A DNA stretch of 63,325 bases, the filler included. It is 5 parts of 5 records of this genome, joined end to end, with 100 filler letters (N's around TTAATTAATTAA, not from the genome) between each part and the next. Parts side by side here need not be neighbours in the genome. Positions count along the whole stretch, not along the records: positions 35,026 to 55,588 come from SRR2962707_5177; 4 more parts are not named here. The stretch is one strand, 5' to 3'. Shown here piece after piece: positions 42,886-53,577 of this stretch. The position numbers and the translations under genes were made by a program. The number at the start of each line of letters is the position of its first letter. Position 1 is the first letter of the stretch. Below the pieces are notes generated by a model. The model did no database searches. It was not told where the DNA came from and saw nothing but the letters and a program-made list of their open reading frames with translations.

Positions 42886-43841
42886 TAGCGCAACCTCGGG
42901 TTAGACAAGATGGCGATCAGATCGGCCAACGTGATAAGAGACAAATAGCTGACGCAAAAGATCATCCCACAGGACTGGATCAATGGTAGGTCGCGGGTCG
43001 CCACCGCGTCGACCATCAGCTTGGCAACCCCAGGGTAGTTAAAGATCGTCTCGACGATAATTACGCCGCCAACCAAATAGCTCAGCGACAGGGCCACCGC
43101 ATTTGCAATCGGGCCAAGCGCATTTGGTAAGGCGTGCACCAGCACCATACGCGACAGCGACGCCCCTTTGAGCAAGGCCATTTCAACATACGGTGTGTTG
43201 ATCGTGTCAATCACTGCGGCGCGGGTCATACGGATCATCTGGGCCGAGACAACAAACGACAGGGTAATCACCGGCATGGCATAGGCTCGCAACATCGCAG
43301 AGAAAGAGTCGACATTGGCACCATAGCTTAGCGCCGGCAACCAGCCTAGCCATACAGCAAAAATCAGAACAGCCAGGGTTGCCACCATAAACTCAGGCAC
43401 CGAGATCACAGAGATTGTCAGCAATGACACCACCCTGTCAAAGATTGACCCCCGCCACATCGCGGCCAGGATCCCAAGGCTCAAAGCGACAGGCACCGAC
43501 AAAAGCGTTGTCACAGCCGCCAATCGCAAGGAATTCGCAAGGCGTCCGCCAATCAAATCCGCAACTGCGATGTTGTTCACATAAGAAATCCCCATCTCAC
43601 CACGCAGCAATCCCAACAACCAGCCAATAAACCGGCTTAGGGCTGGTTCGTCCAACCCCATGGATTTGCGCAGACCAGCCACAGCCTCGGGGGTCGCAGC
43701 CTGCCCCAACAAGATTTCGGCCACATCACCGGGCAGCATTTCCGTAGCAAAGAAAACCGCGAAAGATACGATAACCAAAGTCACCAACGCGATCCCAAGC
43801 CTTTGTCCGACTAGAATCCAAGGTAAGAGCGATTGTGGCAA
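42885..43841 (-). CDS. Dpp/Opp-type ABC permease (B subunit)
   Basis: LPGD, HALPNAL, VETIFNYPG and NPRLR. Confidence 0.93.
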   Translation of the reverse strand: MPQSLLPWILVGQRLGIALVTLVIVSFAVFFATEMLPGDVAEILLGQAATPEAVAGLRKSMGLDEPALSRFIGWLLGLLRGEMGISYVNNIAVADLIGGRLANSLRLAAVTTLLSVPVALSLGILAAMWRGSIFDRVVSLLTISVISVPEFMVATLAVLIFAVWLGWLPALSYGANVDSFSAMLRAYAMPVITLSFVVSAQMIRMTRAAVIDTINTPYVEMALLKGASLSRMVLVHALPNALGPIANAVALSLSYLVGGVIIVETIFNYPGVAKLMVDAVATRDLPLIQSCGMIFCVSYLSLITLADLIAILSNPRLR

Positions 43842-43877
43842 GTAAGCACCTCGTGGGGTTCGGCAAACGGAAAAATA

Positions 43878-43900
43878 GGCCGCGCGAACACCGCGCGGCC
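43878..43900 (-). terminator. Intra-operon hairpin after the substrate-binding protein gene
   Basis: GGCCGCGCG-N5-CGCGCGGCC followed by a U-tract on the minus strand. Confidence 0.6.
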
Positions 43901-43919
43901 CGGTTGTTTTTGGGTCGGA

Positions 43920-45530
43920 TCAGGCGTCGAGCCAGACATACTCTGCGAAAGCATAGCCCATCATGCCACCCAGCGGGTTAGCTTTCAGACCACCGAGGTT
44001 TTTCGTGACAGCATCAACGTTGGAAATATAGGCAGGAATGATTGTACCGGCCTCGTTTGCCACCATCTCTTGCATTTCCCAATAGATCGACGTGCGTTTC
44101 TCTTCGTCAAGCGCGCCACGTGCTTCGATCATCATCTTATCGAATTTCTCGGACTTGTATTGGCTTTCGTTCCAAGGCGCTTGCGACGTGTAGAGCAATG
44201 AGAACAGGATGTCCGGTGTTGGACGCGGGTTGATGTTGCCGAAGTGGATCGGCGCTTTCAACCAGTAGTTCGACCAATATCCATCAGACGGCACGCGATC
44301 GACTTTCAAGTTCATGCCAATTTCGGAACCAGCCTGCTGAACCAATGTTGCCATATCAACCGAAGACGACGCAGCATCAGAGGCGACAATCGGAATTTCC
44401 ACACCCAAAAGACCGGCTTTTTCAAAGTGGTACTTGGCTTTTTCCGGATCATAGGCACGTGGTGCCAGGTTCGGGTTGTGATAGCGGCTTGCTGACGAAA
44501 CAGGTTGGTCGTTGCCGATTTGGGCCAGGCCACGCAGAACAGATTTCTGGATCGCTTCGCGGTTGATCAAGGATTTCATGCCGTCGACGAAATCCATTTT
44601 CATACCCGGCTCATTGTCGAGACGAATATTCAGGTTCGTGTAGTTACCCGCTGTCGAGATTGAGGTGCGTACACTGTCTTGCCCCTCCAACATCCGCATT
44701 GAGCGTGGGTTGACCGAGGCCGCCATGTGAATGTCGCCGGACAAAAGCGCGTTTACACGGGCATTGTTGTCTGGGATCGCGAAGAACTCAAAGCTGTCAA
44801 GATAGGCGCCTTGAGCTTTGAAATAGTTCGGGTTTTTCACCGCGACGGAGCGCACGCCAGGTTCAAAGACCTCGCAAATAAATGCGCCTGTACCGTTGGC
44901 TTTTGTAAAGTCCGTGGTGCCATCGGCAATGATCATGAAGTGGTGCAGCGCCAGGATCGTTGGTAAGTCGGCGTTTGGTGCGCTCAAAACGATTTTGACT
45001 GTCAGATCGTCCATTTTGGAGATTTCGGACATCTGCTTGGCAATCGAGTTCACCTTGGAACCGACACCTTCGTCCAGGTGACGCATCATTGAGTACACGA
45101 CATCGTCGGCGCTCAGTGTTTTGCCGTCGTGGAAAAGAACGCCCGACTTCAGTTTTACTTCCCATGTTTGGGCATCGTCGGACGAAATGCTTTCGGCCAA
45201 TTCCATCTCGACCTGTCCGGCTTCGTTCAAGAAGGTCAGACGGTTGTAGAAGGCACAGCACCGAACATAGTCGGTCGACAAGGACGCCTTGGCCGGGTCC
45301 AGCGTGTCGGCAGTCGAAGATGACCAACCTGCTGCTTTAAGCGTCCCACCAGAAACTGGCGTGGCCGCGACGGCGGCTTTTGCGTTCATCAGCAGCGAAC
45401 CACCGGCGGTCGCGGCGACGCCCGACGCCATCAGCATTTTAAGTAAATCGCGGCGCGACGCCCCACGACGGATCATGTTCTCGATCGCCGCATCATCGCG
45501 GCCTGTCCAGTTTGTTGGAACTTTTGTCAC
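43920..45530 (-). CDS. ABC transporter substrate-binding protein, family 5 (Tat signal)
   Basis: SRRDLLK Tat motif, LAES, FHDGKTLSADDVVYS and GTGAF. Confidence 0.92.
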   Translation of the reverse strand: MTKVPTNWTGRDDAAIENMIRRGASRRDLLKMLMASGVAATAGGSLLMNAKAAVAATPVSGGTLKAAGWSSSTADTLDPAKASLSTDYVRCCAFYNRLTFLNEAGQVEMELAESISSDDAQTWEVKLKSGVLFHDGKTLSADDVVYSMMRHLDEGVGSKVNSIAKQMSEISKMDDLTVKIVLSAPNADLPTILALHHFMIIADGTTDFTKANGTGAFICEVFEPGVRSVAVKNPNYFKAQGAYLDSFEFFAIPDNNARVNALLSGDIHMAASVNPRSMRMLEGQDSVRTSISTAGNYTNLNIRLDNEPGMKMDFVDGMKSLINREAIQKSVLRGLAQIGNDQPVSSASRYHNPNLAPRAYDPEKAKYHFEKAGLLGVEIPIVASDAASSSVDMATLVQQAGSEIGMNLKVDRVPSDGYWSNYWLKAPIHFGNINPRPTPDILFSLLYTSQAPWNESQYKSEKFDKMMIEARGALDEEKRTSIYWEMQEMVANEAGTIIPAYISNVDAVTKNLGGLKANPLGGMMGYAFAEYVWLDA

Positions 45531-45596
45531 TTTATTTTCCCCTGTTGTCGTTGCTAGGACCCTTTTCCGACCTTGTGTCGGTTCGGGCTGGTGGTT

Positions 45597-46328
45597 TCAG
45601 ACGCCAAAAGCCGCGTCAGCCGCTTTGGCCAATTCGCTCAGCGCGTAAAAATGGAAATCTGGTTCGGTAAAGGCTGCCGGTTCGATGGTGCCGCCATAGC
45701 CGCCTTGTGCGTTGCGGCGCTGGATCCAAGCGTTGGTCATACCCAGTTCGCGCGAAATACCGATATCGTGGTACTGGCTTTGCGCTGTATGCAGAATGTC
45801 AGCCTTCGTGCCGCCATCCTGTTCGACAAAGGCAAACACCTTGTGAAAATACGCGGGATCGGGTTTCTCGGTTCCTGTGTCATCCACTGTAAAGCCCGCC
45901 CAAAACGGGTTTCCCAGTTTCTCGGAATATTTCTCAAAGGCCCATCGCTGAGCGTTGGTCATGGCAATCAGTTTGTAGTGTTTCTTAAGCTGCGCCATCG
46001 CCTCGACACTGTCGACAAAGGGCTTTGCCTCGCCCATCGCATCGATCATATGTTGACGATATGCGGGCGTATCCGGCAAGCCAAAGGCTTTGGCGATCTC
46101 ACCGTAGCAGCGGCCTAGATCATCAGGAAAGTGCGCGGCGTCCGGCGCGTAACGGGCGTTACGATAGATCTCCAGCGCGGCCTCGGCATTTACATCAATA
46201 CCTTCTTTTTCGGCGATCTCAGCCAAGCCATCCGCAATTGCCCCTTCGAAGTCGATCAAAGTGCCAACAACGTCAAAAGTCATATAAGCAAAGGCAGTCA
46301 GCGGCTTTGGAGCTGTCGTCGTGACCAT
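45597..46328 (-). CDS. HAD-IA hydrolase (haloacid dehalogenase-like)
   Basis: FDVVGTL, TN, KPDP and HTAQSQYHD. Confidence 0.88.
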   Translation of the reverse strand: MVTTTAPKPLTAFAYMTFDVVGTLIDFEGAIADGLAEIAEKEGIDVNAEAALEIYRNARYAPDAAHFPDDLGRCYGEIAKAFGLPDTPAYRQHMIDAMGEAKPFVDSVEAMAQLKKHYKLIAMTNAQRWAFEKYSEKLGNPFWAGFTVDDTGTEKPDPAYFHKVFAFVEQDGGTKADILHTAQSQYHDIGISRELGMTNAWIQRRNAQGGYGGTIEPAAFTEPDFHFYALSELAKAADAAFGV

Positions 46329-46573
46329 GTTTTTTTGTCCTCGCGATGGTTCGCATTTGATTTGTCTTTGGGCTGAACCCAACAGAACTTGGCTAGCGTT
46401 TGGCTTGTAGCACCTACCGGTGCCGATGCTATGGGGCCCTGTACCGCCCCCTTCGTTAGGGTTAGTTTCGCCTGAATCACCCTGTGCAAAACGCCGAATT
46501 CACAGGGTCACGCGGCAGATTCTTCTGAATTCCCCAAAACCGCGGCATTTCGCTTGGTGTGACAGTTCTGCAT

Positions 46574-47494
46574 TCAATAACCTCGATTTTGATCAACCAG
46601 GCCCGGAAGTCGGGTGTTTTCACGGGTGGCGCGGATCACGGATAAAGCTTGGTTCGCCCCGGCAAGATGGTCGGTATTGGCGGCAACATGTGGCGTAATC
46701 ACGATGCGCGGATCCCGCCAGGCCCAGTGATCAGCAGGCAGCGGTTCCGGGTCGGTCACGTCAAGCATCGTCGAAATTAATTGCCCCTCATCCAAGGCGT
46801 CGCGCATCGCTTGCATGTCAAGCTGCGCCCCACGACCGGCATGGACCAATTTCGCCGCCCCGGGCAATCGCGCAAACAGATCGGCATTCAAAATACCGCG
46901 CGTTTCATCAGTTAAAGGCAGAAGACACACCAGAATGTCACTTTGCCCCAGAAAGGTATCTAAATCTTGTTGACCAAAAACCGGGACACGGACGTCCGAG
47001 CTCGCTGCGCGCCCTGAACGCGACCAGCCGCTTACCTTAAACCCCATGTCGCTGAGCGTTGTCGCGACCAAAGTTCCGATCCGGCCCATGCCCATAATGC
47101 CGACGCGTGCGTCCTGAGCATGTGGCACGAACTGCGGTTGCCACACCCCTTGCTGAGCCTGCGCCAGATAGACCGGCATTTCACGGTGCAGCATCAGGGT
47201 CGCCATAACCACCCAGTCCCGCACCTTCTCATCGATACCCGGATCAATTGTCCGCACGAGCGCCACCCCTTTAGGGAGCGGTGGCATCTGGTCCACGCCC
47301 GCGCCAGCACTGATCACAACCTGAAGATTGGGATAGCGCAGCAGGTCTTGCGGCGGAATCCAACACATAAGATGCGTGATTGCAGCGGGGTCGCTGACGG
47401 CCTCTTCGCCTACAACCAGCACTTCATCAGCGTCCTCGAACACAGTGGTCCAAACGGCCGCGCGCTCTTCGCTGGAAAGAAACAACAAAGCCAT
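46574..47494 (-). CDS. D-2-hydroxyacid dehydrogenase (GhrA-like)
   Basis: GAGVD, GMGRIG, LPLTDET, GRG and TPHVA. Confidence 0.88.
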   Translation of the reverse strand: MALLFLSSEERAAVWTTVFEDADEVLVVGEEAVSDPAAITHLMCWIPPQDLLRYPNLQVVISAGAGVDQMPPLPKGVALVRTIDPGIDEKVRDWVVMATLMLHREMPVYLAQAQQGVWQPQFVPHAQDARVGIMGMGRIGTLVATTLSDMGFKVSGWSRSGRAASSDVRVPVFGQQDLDTFLGQSDILVCLLPLTDETRGILNADLFARLPGAAKLVHAGRGAQLDMQAMRDALDEGQLISTMLDVTDPEPLPADHWAWRDPRIVITPHVAANTDHLAGANQALSVIRATRENTRLPGLVDQNRGY

Positions 47495-48879
47495 TAGCGC
47501 ATCACAGCGCGAATTTCGGGATCATCCAACGTAATGTCCAGGACTTTTCGGGTCCGGGCGACGATCTCGTCAATCTCTTCCTCGGTGCAGCAAAGGGGCG
47601 GCGCATAGCCAAGGATGCCCTGTGGAAACGACCGGACAATCAATCCCTGATCCCATGCGCGATCAAGCAACCGCGTTGCAAGCTGCATCTCGGACGGAAG
47701 CCCCGTCTTTTTCTCCTTGTCGGTCACCAGTTCAACTGCCGCTAACATGCCGCGTCCGCGTACGTCGCCAACCAAGGGGTGATCCCGCAAACCATTCAGC
47801 CCAGCCATCAAACGTTTCCCGGCGCGGATGCCGTTTTCGAAAAGTCCGCCTTCGTACAGCGCCAGAACTTCCAACGCGACAGCGGCAGAAACCGGATGCG
47901 CAGAATAGGTAAACCCATGACCAACTGCCTTGGCACCCGCACTTTCTGCAATGGTCTCATAGACATGATCGGACATCATCACGGCCCCCATTGGCACATA
48001 GCCCGAGGTCAGCCCCTTGGCGCAGGTCAAAAGGTCAGGCACGATGTCCTCTTCTGCGCAGGCAAATATCGGGCCCGTGCGGCCAAAGGCGGTGATCACC
48101 TCATCCGCCACGAAAAGAATACCCAGCTCGGTGCACAGATCGCGCATCGCCTTGATCCAGCCCTTGGGCGGCACCAACACCCCGCCAGAGCCCTGAATGG
48201 GTTCCACGTAAAAGGCCGCGACCCGATCTTCGCCGATCTCGGCCACTTTGGCCCGCAATTCGGCGACCGACGCGTCGATCACGGCTTGCGGATCATCACC
48301 CAACGGGTTGCGATACAGGTAATGCGACGAAATTTTATGCTGCCACGCATAAGGCACACCAAAACCGTCATGGAATCCCGGCAATGCCGTTAACCCGGCA
48401 CCCATCGACGTCGATCCGTGATAGCCTTGCTCGACCGAGATAAACTGATCACGGTCAGGCCGACCCTTTGCGTGCCAATAATAACGCACAAATCGGATTG
48501 TGCTGTCGACCGCGTCGGACCCGCCCAGCGTGAAAAAGGCGTGGTTTAGATCACCGGGCGCACGTTCGGCCAGCTCAGACGCCAATCGGATCGGCGGCTC
48601 AGATCCCAGATCAAAATATCCAGTGGCATAGGGCAGTCGGCGCATTTGTTCGGCGGCGGCTTCAACGATGCTTTCGTGACCATAGCCCGCGTTGACGCAC
48701 CAAAGGCCCGCAAAACCGTCCAGCAGTTCACGCCCTTCACTATCGGTTATTGTGGCCCCTTTCGCCGAACGCAGCACACGTACACCGCGCGCCTCGTGGC
48801 CTCGAAAAGAGGACACTGGATGAACAAAGTGCCGACGGTCCAGCTCGACAAGAGAATTGGTCAACATATCTGTCTCCAT
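47494..48879 (-). CDS. Class III (omega) aminotransferase
   Basis: DGFAGLWCVNAGYG, EPIQGSGG, DEVITAFGRTG and AKGLTSGY. Confidence 0.93.
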   Translation of the reverse strand: METDMLTNSLVELDRRHFVHPVSSFRGHEARGVRVLRSAKGATITDSEGRELLDGFAGLWCVNAGYGHESIVEAAAEQMRRLPYATGYFDLGSEPPIRLASELAERAPGDLNHAFFTLGGSDAVDSTIRFVRYYWHAKGRPDRDQFISVEQGYHGSTSMGAGLTALPGFHDGFGVPYAWQHKISSHYLYRNPLGDDPQAVIDASVAELRAKVAEIGEDRVAAFYVEPIQGSGGVLVPPKGWIKAMRDLCTELGILFVADEVITAFGRTGPIFACAEEDIVPDLLTCAKGLTSGYVPMGAVMMSDHVYETIAESAGAKAVGHGFTYSAHPVSAAVALEVLALYEGGLFENGIRAGKRLMAGLNGLRDHPLVGDVRGRGMLAAVELVTDKEKKTGLPSEMQLATRLLDRAWDQGLIVRSFPQGILGYAPPLCCTEEEIDEIVARTRKVLDITLDDPEIRAVMR

Positions 48880-48884
48880 TCAAG

Positions 48885-49730
48885 TTATAACAGCGCCTGA
48901 GAGGCAAGCGCGAAGGTTTTAAATGCCGAAGGGTCCTGAACCCGCGCGGCCCGTTTCATCACAATGCCGCCACCTGCGGACAGCAGCCCCACTTGCGTCG
49001 CGGTTTCGCTAAGCCCGGCATCCGCAAGCAGATCGACGCGCAAGAATTGCCCCGCGCATAGATGCGATGCCTGAGCCAAAAGCGCAGTGGCTTCGTCCGC
49101 ATTTGACGCCACAATGGGCCCCACCACCCGGCCCCGGCCAAATTCGCGCAACAACGCAAATCCATCGCCGCAGCGTAGTAAACTGCCTTGCTCGGCAATC
49201 GTTTCCAGCAGTCCCGCTCGCGACAAACCCGAGGATTTCAAATCAATCGCCGCAAGCGCGGACATATCCGGTACTGCGCCCATTTCGACGGGAAGATCCG
49301 GTGTTACATCTTGCGCGATGCCCTGTTGCTGAAGCACTTTGCCAGTGTCAACAAAACCCATTTTTTCATATAGCGGCAAACCGTCTGCGGTTGCGACAAG
49401 CCGCAATTCGCGCGTGCCCCCAAGAGCAATGATTTCATCCATCAACGCCCGCCCTAGACCACGCCCACGCAAGCGTGCATCAACGATAATCATGTTCATT
49501 GTCGCAACGTCGCCAAAGATTGTGCAAAGCGCGGTCCCAACAACCTCGCCATCTTTCAGCGCCACGACGCCCTTGGATACGGACAGGTTTAACACCCAAT
49601 CTTCGGCGCGATGCGGCCAGCCCGCCTCGATCGACAGGCGCAGTGCACCGTCCAAATGGGCCGCCTCAAACGAGGTAATATGAATGTCATCCTGGGACGA
49701 TGAGGCCAGTGTGGCTTTGGAAGCAGTCAT
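48885..49730 (-). CDS. GNAT acetyltransferase (YitH-like, two domains)
   Basis: WPHR, RGRGLGRALM, LYEKMGF and RxFGRGxVVGP. Confidence 0.88.
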   Translation of the reverse strand: MTASKATLASSSQDDIHITSFEAAHLDGALRLSIEAGWPHRAEDWVLNLSVSKGVVALKDGEVVGTALCTIFGDVATMNMIIVDARLRGRGLGRALMDEIIALGGTRELRLVATADGLPLYEKMGFVDTGKVLQQQGIAQDVTPDLPVEMGAVPDMSALAAIDLKSSGLSRAGLLETIAEQGSLLRCGDGFALLREFGRGRVVGPIVASNADEATALLAQASHLCAGQFLRVDLLADAGLSETATQVGLLSAGGGIVMKRAARVQDPSAFKTFALASQALL

Positions 49731-49864
49731 GAGAAATCCATCTTGTTTGAGCCTAATTTAGGCACATGGCGGCGGCAGTTTTGTTTTGATGTCCGCTCGT
49801 TGCAGCAGTTTCTTGCTCGATGACTCCACGCCGCCGCAGAAAATGCCGCACGCGCCTATTCGGC

Positions 49865-50977
49865 TTAGGCCGACAGCCGACGCCCCAATGACAGGATCAT
49901 TTCAACCGTACCGGCCAACTCATCCTCGGTCAGATACTCCTCGGGTCGATGTGCCCGCGCGATGTCACCCGGACCGCAAATAACCGACGCAATTCCCGCT
50001 TGCTGGAACAAGCCCGCTTCGGTACCGAAACTGACGGCACCCAAAGGATCTCTCCCCGAAATTTGGGCAGCCAATGCCGCCAATGGGTGATCCGCTTCCA
50101 ATGATAAGGCCGGATAGGACGACAGCCATTCACTGCGCACCGACGCTCCAAGCGCATTCAGAACCGGGGCCAGTACGGCCTTGGGATCAACACCGGCAAT
50201 CGCCCGCGCTTCGATACAGGCCTCTGCATAGTCAGGGATGATGTTCAGTGCCTGCCCGCCCTTTATGGTGCCGATCTGAAGGCTTGAATATGGCGGAGCA
50301 AAACGAGTGTCTTGCGCACCATCGCGCAGCACCTCGGCAAGGGTGTTCGCCGCGTTCAGCGCAGGCAGTAACGCGTGAATGGCGTTTTCACCTTGATCGG
50401 GGCGCGAACTGTGGCCGGATTTGCCCTGTGCCATCAGGCGCATGGCCGCCTTGCCCTTATGCGCCAACACCGGGGTCAGACCTGTCGGCTCCCCGACAAT
50501 ACAGCCAAGAGGAGTGGCGCAAAGCTCCGGCAGGGCGGCAATCATATGCGGCACCCCGCGACAGCCCGCCTCTTCGTCGTAGGACAAGGCAATATGAATT
50601 GGGGCAGACAGCGGCATGGCAACCAGTTCAGGCACAGCGGCCAGCACGGCGGCCACATAGCCTTTCATGTCGCAACTGCCGCGCCCGATCAGGCGGCCAT
50701 CGACGCGGCGCAACACGAAGGGATCACCCAGCCATTCAGGTTCAGTGGCCGGAACCACATCAACATGACCAGACAGTACATAACCTGGCTTGGAAGCATC
50801 TCCGATGGTGGCAAACAAGTTAGACCGGTCGCCTTCCGGCCCTTTCAGAAGGTGAAAGGGCACTCCGTGCTCCGTCAGATACTCGGCAACAAACTCCATA
50901 AGTGCTTCGTTAGATGTCCCCACCACGCTGGGGAACCCAACAAGGCGGTCTAGCAGCTCAACTCCAGAACACTGCAT
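49865..50977 (-). CDS. ArgE-like M20 deacetylase
   Basis: SGHVDVVP, GRGSCDMKG, YDEE, GEPT and FGTEAG. Confidence 0.9.
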   Translation of the reverse strand: MQCSGVELLDRLVGFPSVVGTSNEALMEFVAEYLTEHGVPFHLLKGPEGDRSNLFATIGDASKPGYVLSGHVDVVPATEPEWLGDPFVLRRVDGRLIGRGSCDMKGYVAAVLAAVPELVAMPLSAPIHIALSYDEEAGCRGVPHMIAALPELCATPLGCIVGEPTGLTPVLAHKGKAAMRLMAQGKSGHSSRPDQGENAIHALLPALNAANTLAEVLRDGAQDTRFAPPYSSLQIGTIKGGQALNIIPDYAEACIEARAIAGVDPKAVLAPVLNALGASVRSEWLSSYPALSLEADHPLAALAAQISGRDPLGAVSFGTEAGLFQQAGIASVICGPGDIARAHRPEEYLTEDELAGTVEMILSLGRRLSA

Positions 50978-51363
50978 TACTTTGCCTCCGCTACTGGCGC
51001 CGCGATGACATAAATCTTGCGCAACGTTTCCAGCGTTTGCCATTGGCCAACAAAGCCCGGCTTCAAGATAAAGCTGTCACCCGCGCCAAACAGATGTGTT
51101 TCGCCTCCGTCTTCGCGGATCTCAACGCGCCCGGACAAGATGTGGCAAAACTCAAATGTGTCGCCCTTAATAGAAATCGTCGTGCCGGGGGTGGCTTCCC
51201 AAACACCTGTCCGAATTTGCCCCCACTGTGCCGCCTCGGCCAGCGCTTCGTCCAACGCCCATGTGCGAAAGGTCGGCGCGCCCGCAACTAGACGGTCTGG
51301 CGCCGCAACATCTTGGCGCGGCGCAAATTCAGGGGCGGTATCAATTGGAATAACAAGGGCCAT
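50977..51363 (-). CDS. Cupin (DUF861/EutQ-like)
   Basis: GVWEATPG, EFCHILSG, GDSF and W...ETLRKIYV. Confidence 0.85.
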   Translation of the reverse strand: MALVIPIDTAPEFAPRQDVAAPDRLVAGAPTFRTWALDEALAEAAQWGQIRTGVWEATPGTTISIKGDTFEFCHILSGRVEIREDGGETHLFGAGDSFILKPGFVGQWQTLETLRKIYVIAAPVAEAK

Positions 51364-51583
51364 TGGAAAGGCTTTCTATAGCGGCGCCACAGGGCGCGGT
51401 GATCTGTTGCGACAGGATGCGCCAGCCTGTCCAGTGTTCCTGTCCGAAGATTCCGTCCCAGCGGCAGGTCATGCCGGATGCCCCGCGATAAACGCAATTT
51501 AATGCTCGCAAAACCACATAACCCGGCAAACCTTTGGTGCAAATCAGGCGAACATCAGGGCAACACAAGCACCGGAGAGACCC

Positions 51584-52249
51584 ATGACCTTCCGCCCTAA
51601 ATTCATCACATTCGACTGCCACGGCACGATGATCTTTTTCGACATGGCAGGTGCGGCGCGCGCGCATTATGCAGATCAATTGTCCCCGGCCCAGATGGAT
51701 AAATTCATCGCCAATTTTTCGGCCTATCGGGTGGATGAGGTTCTGGGGGCCTGGAAGCCCTATGCAGAAGTTGTTCACAACGCTCTGGAGCGCACCTGCA
51801 AACTGAATGGTGTTGCCTTCGATCCGGCTGTCGCGGCTGATATCTACGACCGCGTCCCAACATGGGGTCCACATGCGGACGTTCCGGCCGGTTTGGCAAA
51901 AATCGCCGACAAAATTCCACTGGTCGCCCTAACCAATTCCATGAACGTGCAAATCCCCCACAATATCGCAAAGCTTGGCGCTCCGATCGCCCATGTCTAC
52001 ACGGCCGAAAGTGCCCAAGCCTACAAACCCAGAATGCAGGCGTTTGAGTATATGTTCGACATGCTTGGTTGTGGGCCCGAGGATGTGCTGCATGTCTCGT
52101 CAAGCTTTCGCTATGACCTGATGACCGCACACGATATGGGCATCAAGAACAAAGTCTGGGTCAATCGTGGCCACGAGCCTGCAAACCCCTATTATGGCTA
52201 TACAGAGATCAAGGACATTTCAGGTCTGGCCGCAGTTGTCGGCTTGTGA
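51584..52249 (+). CDS. Haloacid dehalogenase type II-like HAD hydrolase
   Basis: ITFDCHGTM, AYKP and HVSSSFRYDL. Confidence 0.88.
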   Translation: MTFRPKFITFDCHGTMIFFDMAGAARAHYADQLSPAQMDKFIANFSAYRVDEVLGAWKPYAEVVHNALERTCKLNGVAFDPAVAADIYDRVPTWGPHADVPAGLAKIADKIPLVALTNSMNVQIPHNIAKLGAPIAHVYTAESAQAYKPRMQAFEYMFDMLGCGPEDVLHVSSSFRYDLMTAHDMGIKNKVWVNRGHEPANPYYGYTEIKDISGLAAVVGL

Positions 52250-52265
52250 CGCCTCGGAGGACGCA

Positions 52266-53555
52266 ATGAAATACTCTTCCTACTGGCATGACACAGCCCC
52301 CGTTTTTTCCAACGCTCAGACAGGCCCGGTGACGGGCAAATTCGATGTCGCGGTCATTGGTGGAGGCTTTACCGGGCTGACCGCGGCACGACGTCTGGCG
52401 CGCGCGGGGGCCCGTGTCGCGCTCCTTGAGGCCAGTCACGTTGGCGCTGGCGGTTCTGGTCGCAATGGCGGGCATCTCAACAACGGCATGGCGCACGGCT
52501 ATGCTGAGGCAAAGTCTCATCTTGGTGCCGAGCGCGCCCATGCGCTCTACAAGGCGTATGACAGCTCGATAGATATGATCGAGGACGTCATCGCAGAAGA
52601 AGGAATAGACTGTATCTTCCGCCGCTCAGGAAAGCTCAAACTGGCGTCCAAGGCCTCTCACGTCGACGGGTTGCGGCGCAGTTTTGAGGTGATTCACAAC
52701 GAAGTAGACCCCGAGACGCGCTGGCTTACCAAAGCGGATCTTGTGGGCGAAATCGGGTCAGATCAGTTCCACGGCGCGATCCTTTACGGCAAATCGGCGA
52801 TGATGCACATGGGCCGCTATGTCAACGGTCTTGCCGAGGCAGCGCATCGCCACGGCGCATTGATCTGGGAAGACGCGCCAGTTGTCGCGCGTGACCGCTC
52901 AGGTACGGGCTGGTCACTCAAAACGCCCAAAGGCACGCTCAACGCCGACCGCATCATCGTCGCAACGGGTGCCTATTCAGGCAGCGTTGCCAAAGCCCCC
53001 CTGGCCTATTTCCGCAAACGGATCATTTCGGTCGGCTCGTTTATTGTCGCGACAAGGCCCCTTTCCGACACCGAGATTGCCGCTACGATGCCCGGCAACC
53101 GGACCTGTGTCACGTCTATGAACATTGGCAACTATTTCCGCATGTCGCCCGATAATCGCCTGATCTTTGGGGGCCGCGCGAGATTTTCGGCAACCTCCAA
53201 TCAGCAATCCGACGCGTTGTCGGGACAAGTGCTACAGCGTTCAATGGTCCAGATGTTCCCGCATTTGGCGGATGTCGATCTTGATTATTGTTGGGGCGGT
53301 CTCGTTGGGATGACCAAGGACCGCTTTCCCCGTGCAGGCGAAGCAGACGGGATGATCTATGGCATGGGATATTCTGGTCACGGCGCACAAATGTCTACGC
53401 TGATCGGTCAGTCTTTGGCGGACATGGCGATGGGTCAAACGGACACAAACCCATTACAAGGATTGGACTGGCCCGCAATTCCTTTGCACACCGGCAAACC
53501 TTGGTTTTTGCCGCTGGTTGGCCTGTGGTTCTCTCTAAAAGATCGGTTATCCTGA
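52266..53555 (+). CDS. FAD-dependent amine oxidoreductase (PuuB-like)
   Basis: SYW, IGGGFTG, SGRNGG, YFR, LIFGG and GYSGHG. Confidence 0.88.
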   Translation: MKYSSYWHDTAPVFSNAQTGPVTGKFDVAVIGGGFTGLTAARRLARAGARVALLEASHVGAGGSGRNGGHLNNGMAHGYAEAKSHLGAERAHALYKAYDSSIDMIEDVIAEEGIDCIFRRSGKLKLASKASHVDGLRRSFEVIHNEVDPETRWLTKADLVGEIGSDQFHGAILYGKSAMMHMGRYVNGLAEAAHRHGALIWEDAPVVARDRSGTGWSLKTPKGTLNADRIIVATGAYSGSVAKAPLAYFRKRIISVGSFIVATRPLSDTEIAATMPGNRTCVTSMNIGNYFRMSPDNRLIFGGRARFSATSNQQSDALSGQVLQRSMVQMFPHLADVDLDYCWGGLVGMTKDRFPRAGEADGMIYGMGYSGHGAQMSTLIGQSLADMAMGQTDTNPLQGLDWPAIPLHTGKPWFLPLVGLWFSLKDRLS

Positions 53556-53577
53556 TCCAACACGCACAGGGCGGCGT